NCBI RefSeq assembly: GCF_001194135.2
Contig: NC_069008.1
Coordinates: 9,576,976-9,640,975 of the forward strand
From: Octopus bimaculoides
Taxonomy: Eukaryota
Reading direction: 5' to 3'
Length of the DNA: 64,000 bases
Of this stretch, positions 63,101 through 64,000 are shown in pieces (the first letter of the stretch is position 1; every line of letters starts with the position of its first letter). Made by a program: the position numbers and the translations under genes. The notes beneath the pieces were generated by a model. It was given only the letters and a program-made list of their open reading frames with translations. It ran no database searches and was not told where the DNA came from.

Positions 63101-63769
63101 AGAGAGAGAGAGAGAGAGAGAGTGTGTGTGTGTGTGCTTGTGTGTGTATGTGAGAAAGAGATATTCAGTTCTAAGTCAGACTTGATCCAATATATACATA
63201 CAGTTCAAAGTCACAACATTGTGTATACCATGTCTTTCTTTACCTACTTCAGATAGTAAGGAATTATTTGAGAGAAATTTTGCAGCTATTTCCAAGTGGT
63301 CAAACTACAATGTAAAGGTATCCACTGTTGGATCAGACATACACGCATACACACACACTCTCTCTCTCTCTTCATATTTGTATTTGTCTTGCAAGATTCT
63401 TAAAATGTGGAATCGTGTTGAAACAGATGCTGTATCTTTTTTTTTGGGGGGGGGGATCCAATAAGAAACACACCCAATAATACTAGTTAATTTAATTGTT
63501 TATTCAACTACTTAATCAATTAATTTATCAACTGCTTGATCAATCAATTAATCAGCAAATTGTTTAGAATCTCTTTGTCATGCCTCCATTACTCCAGACC
63601 TGGCTCAGTCCTTCCTTTATATCCAGAAATCTATTACGGAAAATTAGACCTCCTTGTAATCTTCTACTTTTTATTGTATTCTATCTTTTTTATTATTTTA
63701 ATACGTTATATTTCAACTTTTCTAACCTCTCCTGCTAACAGTGTTCTGCAGTTGTCTTACTGTAGACAT

Positions 63770-64000
63770 CATCATCATCATCGTCATCGTTTAACGTCCG
63801 CTTTCCATGCTAGCATGGGTTGGACGATTTGACTGAGGACTGGTGAAACCGGATGGCAACACCAGGCTCCAGTCTGATTTGGCAGAGTTTCTACAGCTGG
63901 ATGCCCTTCCTAACGCCAACCACTCAGAGAGTGTAGTGGGTGCTTTTACGTGTCACCCGCACGAAAACGGCCACGCTCGAAATGGTGTCTTTTATGTGCC
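63770..64000 (-). mobile_element. RTE LINE 3' UTR copy, young (runs off the window)
   Basis: Reverse complement of 41352-41558, with 3 substitutions and one 9-nt indel. Confidence 0.85.

Overview
AT-rich, repeat-dense eukaryotic DNA with several N gaps. The SINE, RTE-LINE and microsatellite content points to a cephalopod (Octopus-like) genome; this is inference. The only host gene is the 3' part of a Golgi alpha-mannosidase II gene (MAN2A, GH38) on the minus strand. I traced seven GT-AG exons (62481-62683, 57576-57758, 42590-42704, 42050-42117, 28298-29345, 26131-26463, 25560-25712) that splice in phase to 2103 nt, i.e. 700 aa plus stop. Everything else is transposon-derived: tRNA-SINEs, RTE LINEs, an ORF1-only L1/Tx1-like element, two Gypsy elements back-to-back around a pogo fragment, mariner/DD37D transposons, MITEs, Helitrons and Penelope-like element (PLE) pieces. 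The most notable signal, invisible in the ORF track, is a set of type I hammerhead ribozyme motifs from several unrelated repeat families. These include an inverted pair with intact catalytic cores (61051-61125 minus, 61235-61308 plus) inside a MAN2A intron, a second decayed inverted pair (about 31.6-32.3 kb) and a PLE-terminal copy (53354-53433). All structures were assigned by eye and none were folded or searched computationally.
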